This document shows positions 18,663-28,451 of a DNA stretch of 64,000 nucleotides, piece by piece (within the stretch, counting starts at the first letter, position 1; every line of letters starts with the position of its first letter). The notes under the pieces were generated by a model. That model was given only the letters and a program-made list of their open reading frames with translations. It was not told where the DNA came from and did no database searches. This DNA is from an uncultured Gemmatimonadaceae bacterium (GTDB lineage: Bacteria > Gemmatimonadota > Gemmatimonadetes > Gemmatimonadales > Gemmatimonadaceae), in contig CAVUDW010000003.1 of assembly GCA_963740355.1 (NCBI GenBank), positions 96,001-160,000 on the forward strand, read 5' to 3'. Position numbers and translations under genes: made by a program.

Positions 18663-21542
18663 TTACCGCGTCCGTGATGCCGCCGACAGTCGCGCGCGCA
18701 GTTCTGCCTTCCAGTTCAACACCACGATCGTTTCCGGTGACGCATCCTGCATGGGCGCGATCATCACGAAGTGTCGCCCATCGGGCGTGACGTCGAAGTT
18801 GCGGTGCGGCATGGGCATGTCGCCATCGAAGGTGTCGACGAACACCATGTGCCGCGACGTCACGGCGCGCGACGGGGCACGGGAGATCGTGGCGGACATC
18901 ATCTTCCGGTCACCCCGGTAGAACACGCGGTTGCCATCGGCCGACCAGACGGGTTCGGTGCCGCCGGAGTCCGAGACCTGAATCGGCGCGCCGGGGCCCG
19001 GAAATGGTCGCATGTAGATCTCATAGCGCCCCGATTCGCTGGCGGCGTAGACGAGCCACCTGCCGTCCGGTGACAGGTCGGGCATGAAGGCATCGTACGG
19101 GCCGACCACCACCGGGCTCGGCGTGCCGCTCGGGGCGGCGGCAGCCTGCCAGATGCTCCAGACACCGTTGATGCGCCGCTGAAAGAGCAGGACGTCGCCA
19201 CTTCGCGTCGGGCTGGCCGCAAACGCACCGGACGCTGCCAGCAGGCGAGCGCCATCACCGCCACCGACAATCGAGCCTTCCCACAACGCATCCTGCGAAC
19301 CGCGAGTGGACGCGTACACGAAGTGCTGGCCAGCGCGTGTGAACGCGGGCCCGACGATCGTGCCGGACCTGGTGAGGCGCGTCGCCGTCCCCGTCGCGAG
19401 ATCGTAGAGCAGCGCGTCATTGCCTTCCGCAGTCAGCGCCTGCACGATCACCTGCCTGCCGTCCGGCGAAACGCGCGGGTTCATATACCCGCCACTGCGG
19501 CCCGCGCTCACCGGCGTCACACGACCGGTGGTATCGACCAGCACCGGAGCATTGCCTGGTCGCGCACGCCGCGTGTACAGCAGGGTGCCATTGCTGGCGA
19601 GGTTCGCGCTGCCGATGCCGCCCCCCTCCTGCTCCAGCACAACGATCGGCGTCCCCGTGACGAGACCCTGCTCCAGATCGAGCGGCGCCGCCATCAGCGC
19701 GCGACCATCCTCGCTGATGTAGAGCAGCCATCCTTCCACGAAGGCAAACGCTTGCGCCCCCCGGATTCCAAGCGGGACATACCGGGAAGGCCGCGAGACG
19801 TCCTTGTCGAAGCGCGCCAGCGACAACTCGCCAAGGTGCGCGCCGGGCCCCGATCGATTCTGTGCCGCCGTGAACACAATCGTGCGACCGTCGCCCAGCG
19901 ACAGCGGCACCTGATGCATCGTGTCATGCCGCAGCGTATCGAGCCACGTCAGCATCTGGGACGCACCGCCCGAGACGGGAATCCACGTCAGCCCCTGCTG
20001 CCCATAGCTGTCCACGATCAACACACTGTCACCCATCCATCCCACGTCGCTGTAGCGAAACACGCCCGCGACGTCGCGCAGCCCGCTGCCATCGATGCCA
20101 ATGATGCGGATGCGATCGTCGGCGGTGGTGAATGCGATCTTCGTACCGTCCGGCGATACCCATGTGCTGAGCACACCTTTCGTTCCGGGAAGGGCGTGTG
20201 CCTCGAGCTCATTCACACGACGCACGAACAGTCGCCGACCGGTGGCCGCAGAGCCGGCGTATACGATCGCGGATCCATCGGGAGTGAGGGTCGGCGCACG
20301 TCCAATGGCGGCATCGGCGATCGGCGTCACGACGAATCGTGTTGCCGTCGTGCCGGCCGCTCGCACCTCGTCACGGTGGGTTGAAATGAGCAGCGCCGCG
20401 ATCACGACCAGAGCGGCTGCGGCGAATCCGAGTACGGCCGGACGTGGCATGACCACACGCGGCGGCGCTGCCGACCCGGGGGCGCGCCCGGCGTCGTCCA
20501 GCGCCTCGACGAGGGCACGGGCGGATGGATGCCGATCGACGGCGTGCTTCGCGAGCGCACGATCGATGACCTGCGACACGGCGAGCGGGATCGTGGCGCG
20601 AAGCAGGCTCACCGACGTCGGGGGTTCGGCGCGAACCTTCGCCAGGACACCCTGTGCCGTGCTGGCGACATGCGGCGGATCACCAACCAGCATCTCATAG
20701 AGAATCGCAGCCAGCGCATACACATCGGTGCGGGCGTCGATCACCTTCGCCCCCGAGGCCTGTTCCGGCGACATGTACTGCGGAGTGCCGATCACCACGC
20801 CTTGCTCGGTGCGCCGCGTGCCGTCGATGGCCGCCGTTGCGAGGGCGATGCCGAAATCGCACACCAGCGGCTGCCCCTCGCGCATGAGGATGTTTTCCGG
20901 CTTCAGGTCGCGGTGCACGATTCCGTGGCCGTGCGCATGCTCGAGCGCCGCAGCAACGCCGCGCAGGATCTCCATCGCGTCATCGAGCGACAGCGGGCCG
21001 GTACGTCGCAGGCGTTGACGGAGCGTCTCGCCGTCCACGAACGGCATGACGTAGTAGAACAGGCCATCAGCCGCCCCCGAGTCGAACAGCGGCATCACAT
21101 TCGGGTGCTGTAGTCTGGCCGTGACGCGAACTTCGTCGAGGAAGCGTTCGGCGGTCGCAGCGGATCGCGCATTGGCCTCGTCGACCAGCAGCACCTTGAT
21201 CGCGACGGGTCGACCGTGTCGCACGTCGTCCGCGCGGTACACCGACGCCATCCCGCCGGTCGCGATCCGGTCTCGCACGGCGTAGCGCTCGCCGAGGATC
21301 GCCTGCAGCTGGCGCCTGACCGGGTCGGGCGCCGCCGTCAGTTCGAGAAAACCGTCGAGTCGATCATGCGCCGCCAAGAGGGAACGCACATCTGCAATCA
21401 GCGCGTCATCGCCGACGGTCGCGCCGATGATGAACGCGTCGCGCTCCGAGGCCCGCAGGTCGAGTGCCGCATCGAAGAGTGCCGAGGCGCGTTCATATCG
21501 TTCACGTGCCGCCGTCGTCTCGGCATCGCGCGCGTCACTCAT
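18663..21542 (-). CDS. Membrane Ser/Thr kinase with C-terminal TolB/PD40 beta-propeller; partner of the upstream ECF sigma
   Basis: HRDLKPEN, DFG, GTPQYMSPE, a TM helix and repeated SPDG motifs; ATGA overlap with the ECF gene. Confidence 0.9.
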   Translation of the reverse strand: MSDARDAETTAARERYERASALFDAALDLRASERDAFIIGATVGDDALIADVRSLLAAHDRLDGFLELTAAPDPVRRQLQAILGERYAVRDRIATGGMASVYRADDVRHGRPVAIKVLLVDEANARSAATAERFLDEVRVTARLQHPNVMPLFDSGAADGLFYYVMPFVDGETLRQRLRRTGPLSLDDAMEILRGVAAALEHAHGHGIVHRDLKPENILMREGQPLVCDFGIALATAAIDGTRRTEQGVVIGTPQYMSPEQASGAKVIDARTDVYALAAILYEMLVGDPPHVASTAQGVLAKVRAEPPTSVSLLRATIPLAVSQVIDRALAKHAVDRHPSARALVEALDDAGRAPGSAAPPRVVMPRPAVLGFAAAALVVIAALLISTHRDEVRAAGTTATRFVVTPIADAAIGRAPTLTPDGSAIVYAGSAATGRRLFVRRVNELEAHALPGTKGVLSTWVSPDGTKIAFTTADDRIRIIGIDGSGLRDVAGVFRYSDVGWMGDSVLIVDSYGQQGLTWIPVSGGASQMLTWLDTLRHDTMHQVPLSLGDGRTIVFTAAQNRSGPGAHLGELSLARFDKDVSRPSRYVPLGIRGAQAFAFVEGWLLYISEDGRALMAAPLDLEQGLVTGTPIVVLEQEGGGIGSANLASNGTLLYTRRARPGNAPVLVDTTGRVTPVSAGRSGGYMNPRVSPDGRQVIVQALTAEGNDALLYDLATGTATRLTRSGTIVGPAFTRAGQHFVYASTRGSQDALWEGSIVGGGDGARLLAASGAFAASPTRSGDVLLFQRRINGVWSIWQAAAAPSGTPSPVVVGPYDAFMPDLSPDGRWLVYAASESGRYEIYMRPFPGPGAPIQVSDSGGTEPVWSADGNRVFYRGDRKMMSATISRAPSRAVTSRHMVFVDTFDGDMPMPHRNFDVTPDGRHFVMIAPMQDASPETIVVLNWKAELRARLSAASRTR

Positions 21543-22123
21543 CGCGTGCCCTCATCGTGCAGTTCGCGGAAGAGCCAACTGCGCGCCTTCGCCCAGTCCC
21601 GCTTGACGGTGCGCAGGCCGACACCAAGCGCCACCGCGGTCTCCTCCTCGTTCAAACCACCGAAAAAGCGACACTCGACCACTTTCGCCTGCCGCTGATC
21701 GAGGACCGCCAGCCGCGCGAGGGCTTCGTCGAGGTCGACCAGCGAGGTGGCCTGATCATCGAGGATCACGGCTCGGTTCAGGTCCGACGCTTCCAGGGAC
21801 AGCGGCACCGCGGCACCACCTCGCTTGGCTGCGTTCGTCCGGCGCGCGTACTCGACGAGGATGCGTCGCATCGCAGTCGCGGCAATGGCAAGGAAATGCG
21901 ATCGATCCTCGAATGCGCCGCGTGCACCATCGCTCAGGCGCAGGTAGGCCTCATGCACCAGGGCGCCCGTTTCGAGGGTGTGACCCACCGCCTCACGCCG
22001 CAACTGCGCGCGGGCAAGGCTTCGCAGTTCGTCATAGACGAGGGCGAACGCGGCATCGAAGGCGAGGGCATCCCCGTCTGCCGCGCGTCGCAGCCACTCC
22101 GTGACGGCACCAGCCTCAGTCAT
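21539..22123 (-). CDS. ECF sigma factor, kinase-associated (ECF43/TIGR02999-like)
   Basis: VYDELR, TLETGALVHEAYLRL, AMRRILV...KRGG and VECRFFGGL...TVKRDW. Confidence 0.9.
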   Translation of the reverse strand: MTEAGAVTEWLRRAADGDALAFDAAFALVYDELRSLARAQLRREAVGHTLETGALVHEAYLRLSDGARGAFEDRSHFLAIAATAMRRILVEYARRTNAAKRGGAAVPLSLEASDLNRAVILDDQATSLVDLDEALARLAVLDQRQAKVVECRFFGGLNEEETAVALGVGLRTVKRDWAKARSWLFRELHDEGTR

Positions 22124-22269
22124 CGGTTCGATGGCTCGATTGCCGTGCGCTTCGCGCAGGGGAACAGGAAGGCAGCTGGGGCGGATTCGACCGGGGCTGC
22201 AAACCCGGCAGCCGAATTCCCCTCGCACCCACCGTCGCCAACGTCGTCCCGCCACTGCTGAGTCATCCC

Positions 22270-23472
22270 ATGCATAACCGAATCGTACTCCTTGTGACCT
22301 CGCTTGTCCTGATCGCGGGCTGCAGCGACAGTCCTGCCGATCCTTCCAACGCCGCCGAGGGTCGCACGCTCTCGCCAGGGGAAGTGACGGCCACCGACCG
22401 CTGGATGCGAGTGACCCGTGCCATCACTGGCCGACGGGAGATCGGGAGCCCCCTGTTCATTTCGCGCAACTTTGCGCTCGTCGCGGTGGCAGAATACAAC
22501 GCCGCCGTCACGGCTGGTGGTACATCAGCTGTTGGTGGGAAGCGGCCGTCTGAGGCTGGCGCGGTCGCCGGTGCATCGGCGGCAGTCCTCCGGGCGCTGT
22601 ATGCGGCGGAGGACACGGCGGTGACGGCGCAGTTGGCGTCGGACCGGACCTATTTCGCGAGCATCGTCGGCGAATCGACCTACGACTTTGCGGCTGGTGA
22701 AGCGATCGGCCAGCAGATTGCGGCGCAGGTGCTGGCGCGCGCCAGCACCGACCGGACCAACGCGGTGTGGACCGGATCGATCCCGACAGGTCCCGGGAAC
22801 TGGTTGAATGCGGCGGCACCCGCGCAGCCAGTGGCACCGCTCTGGGGCCAGTCGAAGGCATGGTTTCTTGCAGCGGGCAACCAGTTCCGGCCCGCCGCGC
22901 CGCCATCGATCACCTCACCAGAGTACGCGACTGCCCTCGCCGAGGTGAAAACGCTGGCGGCCGGGCGAACAGCCGAGCAGCTGACGCTGGCGCAGTTCTG
23001 GCAATTTGCGTCAGGTCCCGCGGGGCCGATCGGCCACTTCACCGAGGTGGCTGGTGGCCTCACCGCCGCCGCACAGTACAACGAGCGCCGGACGGCACGC
23101 GTGTACGCACTGCTGCACATGGCAATGCTCGATGCCACGATCAGCTGCTGGGATGCCAAGTACGCGTACTGGTTCATCCGTCCATTTCAGGCGGACGCCG
23201 CAATCTCGACGCCAGTGGGCCGTCCGAACTTTCCGTCGTATCCATCGGCGCACAGCTGCATTACTGGTGCTGCAGCTGGCGTACTGACCGGTTTGTTCCC
23301 GACGGCCAAGCCCGCGCTCGATGCGAAGCTCGTCGACGCGGGCGTGTCGCGAATCTACGCGGGGCTGCACTTCCGGTTCGACATCACCGCCGGCAATGAC
23401 ATCGGCGCCAAGGTGTCGGCGCTCGCGTTGACGCACATCCCTGCCTCGAACTCGGCGATCCCGCTGCAGTAG
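22270..23472 (+). CDS. Vanadium-dependent haloperoxidase / PAP2-superfamily lipoprotein
   Basis: Lipobox LIAGC; K-X6-RP (KYAYWFIRP), PSAH and SR-X5-H-X3-D (SRIYAGLHFRFD). Confidence 0.8.
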   Translation: MHNRIVLLVTSLVLIAGCSDSPADPSNAAEGRTLSPGEVTATDRWMRVTRAITGRREIGSPLFISRNFALVAVAEYNAAVTAGGTSAVGGKRPSEAGAVAGASAAVLRALYAAEDTAVTAQLASDRTYFASIVGESTYDFAAGEAIGQQIAAQVLARASTDRTNAVWTGSIPTGPGNWLNAAAPAQPVAPLWGQSKAWFLAAGNQFRPAAPPSITSPEYATALAEVKTLAAGRTAEQLTLAQFWQFASGPAGPIGHFTEVAGGLTAAAQYNERRTARVYALLHMAMLDATISCWDAKYAYWFIRPFQADAAISTPVGRPNFPSYPSAHSCITGAAAGVLTGLFPTAKPALDAKLVDAGVSRIYAGLHFRFDITAGNDIGAKVSALALTHIPASNSAIPLQ

Positions 23473-23488
23473 CTCGCACGCGGGCAGC

Positions 23489-24133
23489 TCATTTCGCGGT
23501 ACTCGCCCACGAGGCGTCTATGAGTTGCAATGTGATACGAATGTTCGACGCTGCGCCCTGGCTGCGGTTCGGCAGGTCGTCGTCCGTCTGGTAGAAGGCG
23601 GTGAGCGCGGTCCGAGGTCCGCCCTGGTCATAGGCAAGCGCCGGTGCAACGGCGGGCCCCCAGCCAAGCGCGTACGGTGCGGTGGATTTCGCGTCGCTGG
23701 CCGGGCCGTAGCGCCGGATCATGATCGTCCGAAACGTTTCCCCATCGATGTACGGGAAGACCCGTTCGATCCGGATCTCGCGCACGACGTCGTCGACATC
23801 GAGAAAGGCTGTCACGCAGACGTTGCCCGCTTCGCCGCCGGTCCGCCGCCCCGGGACAGTGGCGCAGCCCTTCGCGTTGACCTCGAGGGCCGCAGCGTAG
23901 CCGGGATACCAATCCTGCCGTCGGCTCACCCGATCGGCCTTGCCGAAGAGCCGCATCAGGGTGGTTGCGAAGTGCCGGGCCGAGCCACCAACCCGCAAGC
24001 CGGCGACACTCAGGCGGCGCGCATCGAACGACGCCGGCGCCACCACTGTGTCCACCGGAACGACTGGCTGGGCGCCGAGGCGCGCTGCCGCTGCGAAGAT
24101 CATCAGGCACGCGGTCGTCGCGCGGTTTCTCAC
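23489..24133 (-). CDS. Hypothetical exported protein
   Basis: Signal-peptide-like N-terminus; GTGA overlap with the upstream gene. Confidence 0.6.
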   Translation of the reverse strand: MRNRATTACLMIFAAAARLGAQPVVPVDTVVAPASFDARRLSVAGLRVGGSARHFATTLMRLFGKADRVSRRQDWYPGYAAALEVNAKGCATVPGRRTGGEAGNVCVTAFLDVDDVVREIRIERVFPYIDGETFRTIMIRRYGPASDAKSTAPYALGWGPAVAPALAYDQGGPRTALTAFYQTDDDLPNRSQGAASNIRITLQLIDASWASTAK

Positions 24134-24558
24134 CGAATTTTCTCGTCGCGTCGCTTGCGCAATGGCATCGTTTCGCCGGACGCGAACTTGAGCCGCATGG
24201 CGTTGCCGGACGGGGCCAACGTCGCGTCGATCCCGCCGGAGAGGGTCAGCGGCTGCCCACCATCGGGGGCCTTGCCGCCGTGCGTGACCTGCATGCCGGC
24301 GAAGGTTTCGTCTCCGTCCACGACCAGCACATGCGTGCCACTGACGAAGGCCAGCAGCGCCGCCGAGGCTGCGGACTGGCTACCGGCGCTGTCGAGGACC
24401 CAGACATCTCCAGATCGTGACGGCACTCCCGTAGCCTCGTTCGAGTCGCCGCCCGCCTCGGAACAGGCTGCGAGGGCCATCAGACCACACGCCGCCAGCG
24501 CGCCGTGCACCGGGAAGGTCGGGTACCGGCTCGCTGCGCGGAGTTGGCGCTGTGCCAT
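24130..24558 (-). CDS. Hypothetical lipoprotein
   Basis: Hydrophobic stretch ending in LAAC; translationally coupled to the next gene. Confidence 0.6.
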   Translation of the reverse strand: MAQRQLRAASRYPTFPVHGALAACGLMALAACSEAGGDSNEATGVPSRSGDVWVLDSAGSQSAASAALLAFVSGTHVLVVDGDETFAGMQVTHGGKAPDGGQPLTLSGGIDATLAPSGNAMRLKFASGETMPLRKRRDEKIR

Positions 24559-24663
24559 GAGCCCTTGTAGCCTTGGGTGGAGGTGGCCTGGGTCTGCGTC
24601 CGCCCGATTGGGCGACCTGTCTCATTCACTTCCCCATTGCGCCGGACTGCGGAGAAAACCGTC

Positions 24664-25239
24664 ATGGGGTCGACAGACGCTGAAGGCGCACAGCAGCCTA
24701 CACATTCCGCCGGCAGTGTCGACGCGGATCGTGCGGCGCTCGATGCGGTTTTCAGTCTGGCATACGAAGAGCTGCGTCGCCTGGCATCGCTGGTGCGACG
24801 CGACGATCCCAACGCCTCGCTCAGTCCAACGACGCTCGTCAACGAAGCATGGCTCCGGCTGGCCGCCACACCCTCGATAGCGCATACATCGCCGTTGCAC
24901 TTTCGGCGGATCGCGGCGCGAGCGATGCGACAGGTGCTGGTGGATGTGGCGCGTCGGCGGCACGCCGAAAAGCGCGGTGGACCGGAGGCGATGGCGATCA
25001 CGCTCGAGGACGAACTCTTCGCCCCTGCAGGCAGCGCGGAGCTGCTCGCCCTCGACTCGGCCCTCGATCACCTGGCGCGACTCAATCCGCGCCAGGCGCA
25101 GATGGTGGAGTGCCGGTTCTTTGGCGGGCTGGATGTCGCGGAGACGGCGCAGCTGCTCGGCATTTCGGAGGCCACCGTGCTGCGCGACTGGCGTGCAGCA
25201 CGTGCCTGGCTCGCCACGGAATTGCGCGACACCGGCTGA
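24664..25239 (+). CDS. ECF sigma factor, kinase-associated (ECF43/TIGR02999-like)
   Basis: AYEELR, SLSPTTLVNEAWLRL, AMRQVLVD...KRGG and VECRFFGGL...TVLRDW. Confidence 0.9.
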   Translation: MGSTDAEGAQQPTHSAGSVDADRAALDAVFSLAYEELRRLASLVRRDDPNASLSPTTLVNEAWLRLAATPSIAHTSPLHFRRIAARAMRQVLVDVARRRHAEKRGGPEAMAITLEDELFAPAGSAELLALDSALDHLARLNPRQAQMVECRFFGGLDVAETAQLLGISEATVLRDWRAARAWLATELRDTG

Positions 25240-25337
25240 CCGCGCGCACGTGCGCTACTCTCGACTGACGCGCGACACTCGACGCAGACGATCCGCCCCA
25301 GCCACACGACGCCCCGGGAGCACAGGTTGACGGAGCC

Positions 25338-28001
25338 ATGATGGATAGCGAGCCGCGAGCCGAGATGGATGCCGAGCGTTGGTCGCTCGTGCAGCAGCTC
25401 TTCCATGACGCCAGCGAGCAGCCGTTGGCGGAGCGCGACGCGTTCCTGCAGACGGCCACCGCCGGCGACGCCGAGCTGGCGGCACAGGTGCTGGCGATGC
25501 TCCGGGCCGATGCAGACAGCGATTCGATGCTGGATCTCGGTCTCGCGCCAACGGCCCGGAGAATTCTCGAAACCGAACGTGGCGCGCTGCCACCGGAAAC
25601 GATGTTCGGCCCCTACCGGCTGGTGCGACAGATCGGCGAAGGCGGCATGGCGGTGGTCTATCTCGCCTCGCGCGAGGACCTCGGCAGCACCGCCGCCGTG
25701 AAGCTGCTGCATCATGCGTGGCTCTCTCCCGCGCGACGCGACCGATTTGCCAGCGAGCAGCGGACACTGGCACGACTGAACCATCCGGGCATCGCGCACC
25801 TCTACGACGCCGGTGCGCTGGGCGATGGCACGCCGTGGATTGCGATGGAGTACGTGGATGGCGAGACGTTGACCGCATACTGCCAGACACGCGCGTTGTC
25901 GATCGACGACCGGCTTCGGCTCTTCCGTGATGTCTGCGACGCGGTGCAGCACGCGCATGCACACCTCGTCATCCATCGTGACCTGAAGCCGTCGAACATC
26001 CTGGTGACACCGGAAGGACGAGTGAAGCTGCTCGACTTCGGCATCGCCAAGCAGCTCGAGGCAAGTGACGCCGACGCGTCACGGACGCGCACCGGCCTGC
26101 AATTGATGACGCCAGCCTACGCCGCCCCGGAGCAGGTGCGAGGTGAGCTGACGGGCGTGTACACCGACGTGTACGCGTTGGGCGTGGTGCTGTACGAACT
26201 CCTTGCCGGCAAGCTGCCGTTCGACCTCACAGGTCGCACTCCTGGCGAAGCGGAAGCGTTGATCCTTGGCACGCCGCCTGACCGGCCGTCCATCGCCGCG
26301 CGAGCCTCGACGGGTGGCAGCGATGCCGGCACCGCCGCGTGGGCGGATCTCGATGTGCTCTGCCTGACCGCCATGCACCATGAGCCAGCGCGGCGGTATC
26401 GCAGCGTGGATGCATTGGTGCGGGACGTCGATCATTACCTGCGCAAGGAACCACTCGAGGCGCGCCCGGACTCAGCTGGATATCGGCTGGGCAAGTTCGC
26501 ACGACGGCATCGCAGCACCGTTGCCGCAGGTGCGGTGGTGCTGGCCGTGGTGATCGGTCTCAGCACGCTGTACGCCATTCGCATCAGTGCAGCGCGCGAC
26601 ACGGCGGTCACCGAGGCGGATCGGGCGCAGCGCATCCAGCGATTCACGCTGAGCCTGTTCGAAGGCGGTGAGCAGAGCAGCGAGCCTGGTGACTCACTTC
26701 GCGCGGTGACGTTGGTGGAGCGCGGCGTCGTGGAGGCCGCGACCCTCGCAGCGGACCCAGTGGTGCAAGCAGAACTGTACCAGACGCTGGGCGGGATCTT
26801 CCAGAAGCTTGGTCGCCTCGATCGCGCCGATACGCTGCTGCAGCGCTCACTGGTGTCGCGGCGAATGCTGTCACCGAACCATCCGGATGTGGCGCGGTCG
26901 CTGGTGGCACTTGGCCTGCTGCGAGTGGAACAGGCGCGCCTGCCGGAAGGCGAACAATTGGTGCGTGAGGGACTGGCCCTCAGCAGAAGAGTACGCGAAC
27001 CGGGGCACCGTGATATCGCGGTCGCGACCAGTGCGCTTGGACGTGTGTTGGAGGAACGCGCGACTTACGCCGATGCGATCACCGTGATGCGCGAGGCATT
27101 GAAGCTCCACGCGGCCATCGCGCCAGTCTCGCCCGATGTTGCCGCGGCCGCGACGCAACTCGGCAACGACTATTTCTATGCCGGTGACTACGTCGGGGCC
27201 GACTCACTCTTCCGGCGCAGCCTGGCAGTGGCACGCGACCTCTACGGCGACCGGCATCCACTGGTCGCCGACGCCCTGGTGAACCTGGGCGCTGTTCGAT
27301 TCCAGCGGGGTGACTACGCCGAGGCGGAGCGATTGGACCGCGAAGGCCTCGAGATCATCCAACGGGTGTACGGGCCAGATCATCCGCGCACTGCGGCTGC
27401 CCTGACGATGCTCGGCCGCTCACTGGTGGCCGAGAGTCGGTTCAATGATGCCGTGCCGCTGGTGAAGCAGGCGCTCGCAATCCAGGAGCGGGTCTATGGC
27501 CCGGTCAGCCCGAAGGTCGCCTCGACCGTCAACGAACTCGGGATCATTGCGCTGCGCGAGAAAAAATACGACGACGCCGACGCCTACTTCGCGCGCAATG
27601 CCGACATCTATCGCTTGGTGTACAAGGAGCCACACAACCTGCTCGGCACGGCGCTCGCGAATCGTGGCAGCGTCTATTCCGCGCGCGGTGACAACGTGAT
27701 GGCGGAACGCTACTTCAGGCAGGCGTACGACGTGTTCGTGAAGACGGTCGGTGCCACCCACCTCGATGCCGGCATCGTGCAGGTAAAGCTGGGACGCGTG
27801 CTGCTGCGGCAGCAGCGGTTCGCCGACGGTGCACGGGAGAGCGGTGCCGGGCTCGCCATCCTGCTCGAGCGAACCAGCCCAACGACGAGCTGGGTGAAGA
27901 ATGCGCGCGGCGACCTGGCCCTCATGTACGACTCACTCGGCCAACCGGCCAAGGCCAACGCGATGCGTGCGGCGCTCGCCGACACACTGGCACGCAAGTG
28001 A
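25338..28001 (+). CDS. Membrane Ser/Thr kinase with extracytoplasmic TPR repeats; ECF partner
   Basis: GEGGMAVV, HRDLKPSN, DFG, TPAYAAPE, a TM helix and HP-punctuated TPRs; GGAG SD. Confidence 0.92.
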   Translation: MMDSEPRAEMDAERWSLVQQLFHDASEQPLAERDAFLQTATAGDAELAAQVLAMLRADADSDSMLDLGLAPTARRILETERGALPPETMFGPYRLVRQIGEGGMAVVYLASREDLGSTAAVKLLHHAWLSPARRDRFASEQRTLARLNHPGIAHLYDAGALGDGTPWIAMEYVDGETLTAYCQTRALSIDDRLRLFRDVCDAVQHAHAHLVIHRDLKPSNILVTPEGRVKLLDFGIAKQLEASDADASRTRTGLQLMTPAYAAPEQVRGELTGVYTDVYALGVVLYELLAGKLPFDLTGRTPGEAEALILGTPPDRPSIAARASTGGSDAGTAAWADLDVLCLTAMHHEPARRYRSVDALVRDVDHYLRKEPLEARPDSAGYRLGKFARRHRSTVAAGAVVLAVVIGLSTLYAIRISAARDTAVTEADRAQRIQRFTLSLFEGGEQSSEPGDSLRAVTLVERGVVEAATLAADPVVQAELYQTLGGIFQKLGRLDRADTLLQRSLVSRRMLSPNHPDVARSLVALGLLRVEQARLPEGEQLVREGLALSRRVREPGHRDIAVATSALGRVLEERATYADAITVMREALKLHAAIAPVSPDVAAAATQLGNDYFYAGDYVGADSLFRRSLAVARDLYGDRHPLVADALVNLGAVRFQRGDYAEAERLDREGLEIIQRVYGPDHPRTAAALTMLGRSLVAESRFNDAVPLVKQALAIQERVYGPVSPKVASTVNELGIIALREKKYDDADAYFARNADIYRLVYKEPHNLLGTALANRGSVYSARGDNVMAERYFRQAYDVFVKTVGATHLDAGIVQVKLGRVLLRQQRFADGARESGAGLAILLERTSPTTSWVKNARGDLALMYDSLGQPAKANAMRAALADTLARK

Positions 28002-28016
28002 CGCCCGATCGACGCG

Positions 28017-28451
28017 TCAGGGCCGGACGATGACAGCGATCACGATCACGAACAGCAGCAACGTCGGCACTTCATTGATGTAACGGCAGGCGGTCTCGCT
28101 GAACACGTAGTCGCCCGCGGCGAATCGCTTGCGCACCCAGGCGGCGAGACCGTGGTAGCCAAGCAGGAAGGCAACGGCCCCCAGCTTTGCGTGCATCCAG
28201 GGCATTTTCAGCAACGACGGATTCTGGTAGAGCATGCCCGCACCGAGTGCCAGTGCGACCACCATCGCGGGGGTCATGATCGCCCGCATCAGCCGTCGTT
28301 CCATGACCTCGAGCGTCGCCGTGACCGTTGGGTCCTCGCGATGCTGCACATGATAGACGTACAGCCGGAAGATGTAGAACAGACCGGCGTACCACGCGAT
28401 CACTGCGATCACATGCCAGGCCTTGAGCCAGAGATAACTGGAGCCCGTCAC
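28017..28451 (-). CDS. hemJ: Protoporphyrinogen IX oxidase HemJ
   Basis: WLKAWHVIAVIAWYAGLFYIFRLYVYH, MERRL...IMTPAM, WMHAKL and INEVPT; GTGA overlap with bchJ. Confidence 0.9.
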   Translation of the reverse strand: MTGSSYLWLKAWHVIAVIAWYAGLFYIFRLYVYHVQHREDPTVTATLEVMERRLMRAIMTPAMVVALALGAGMLYQNPSLLKMPWMHAKLGAVAFLLGYHGLAAWVRKRFAAGDYVFSETACRYINEVPTLLLFVIVIAVIVRP

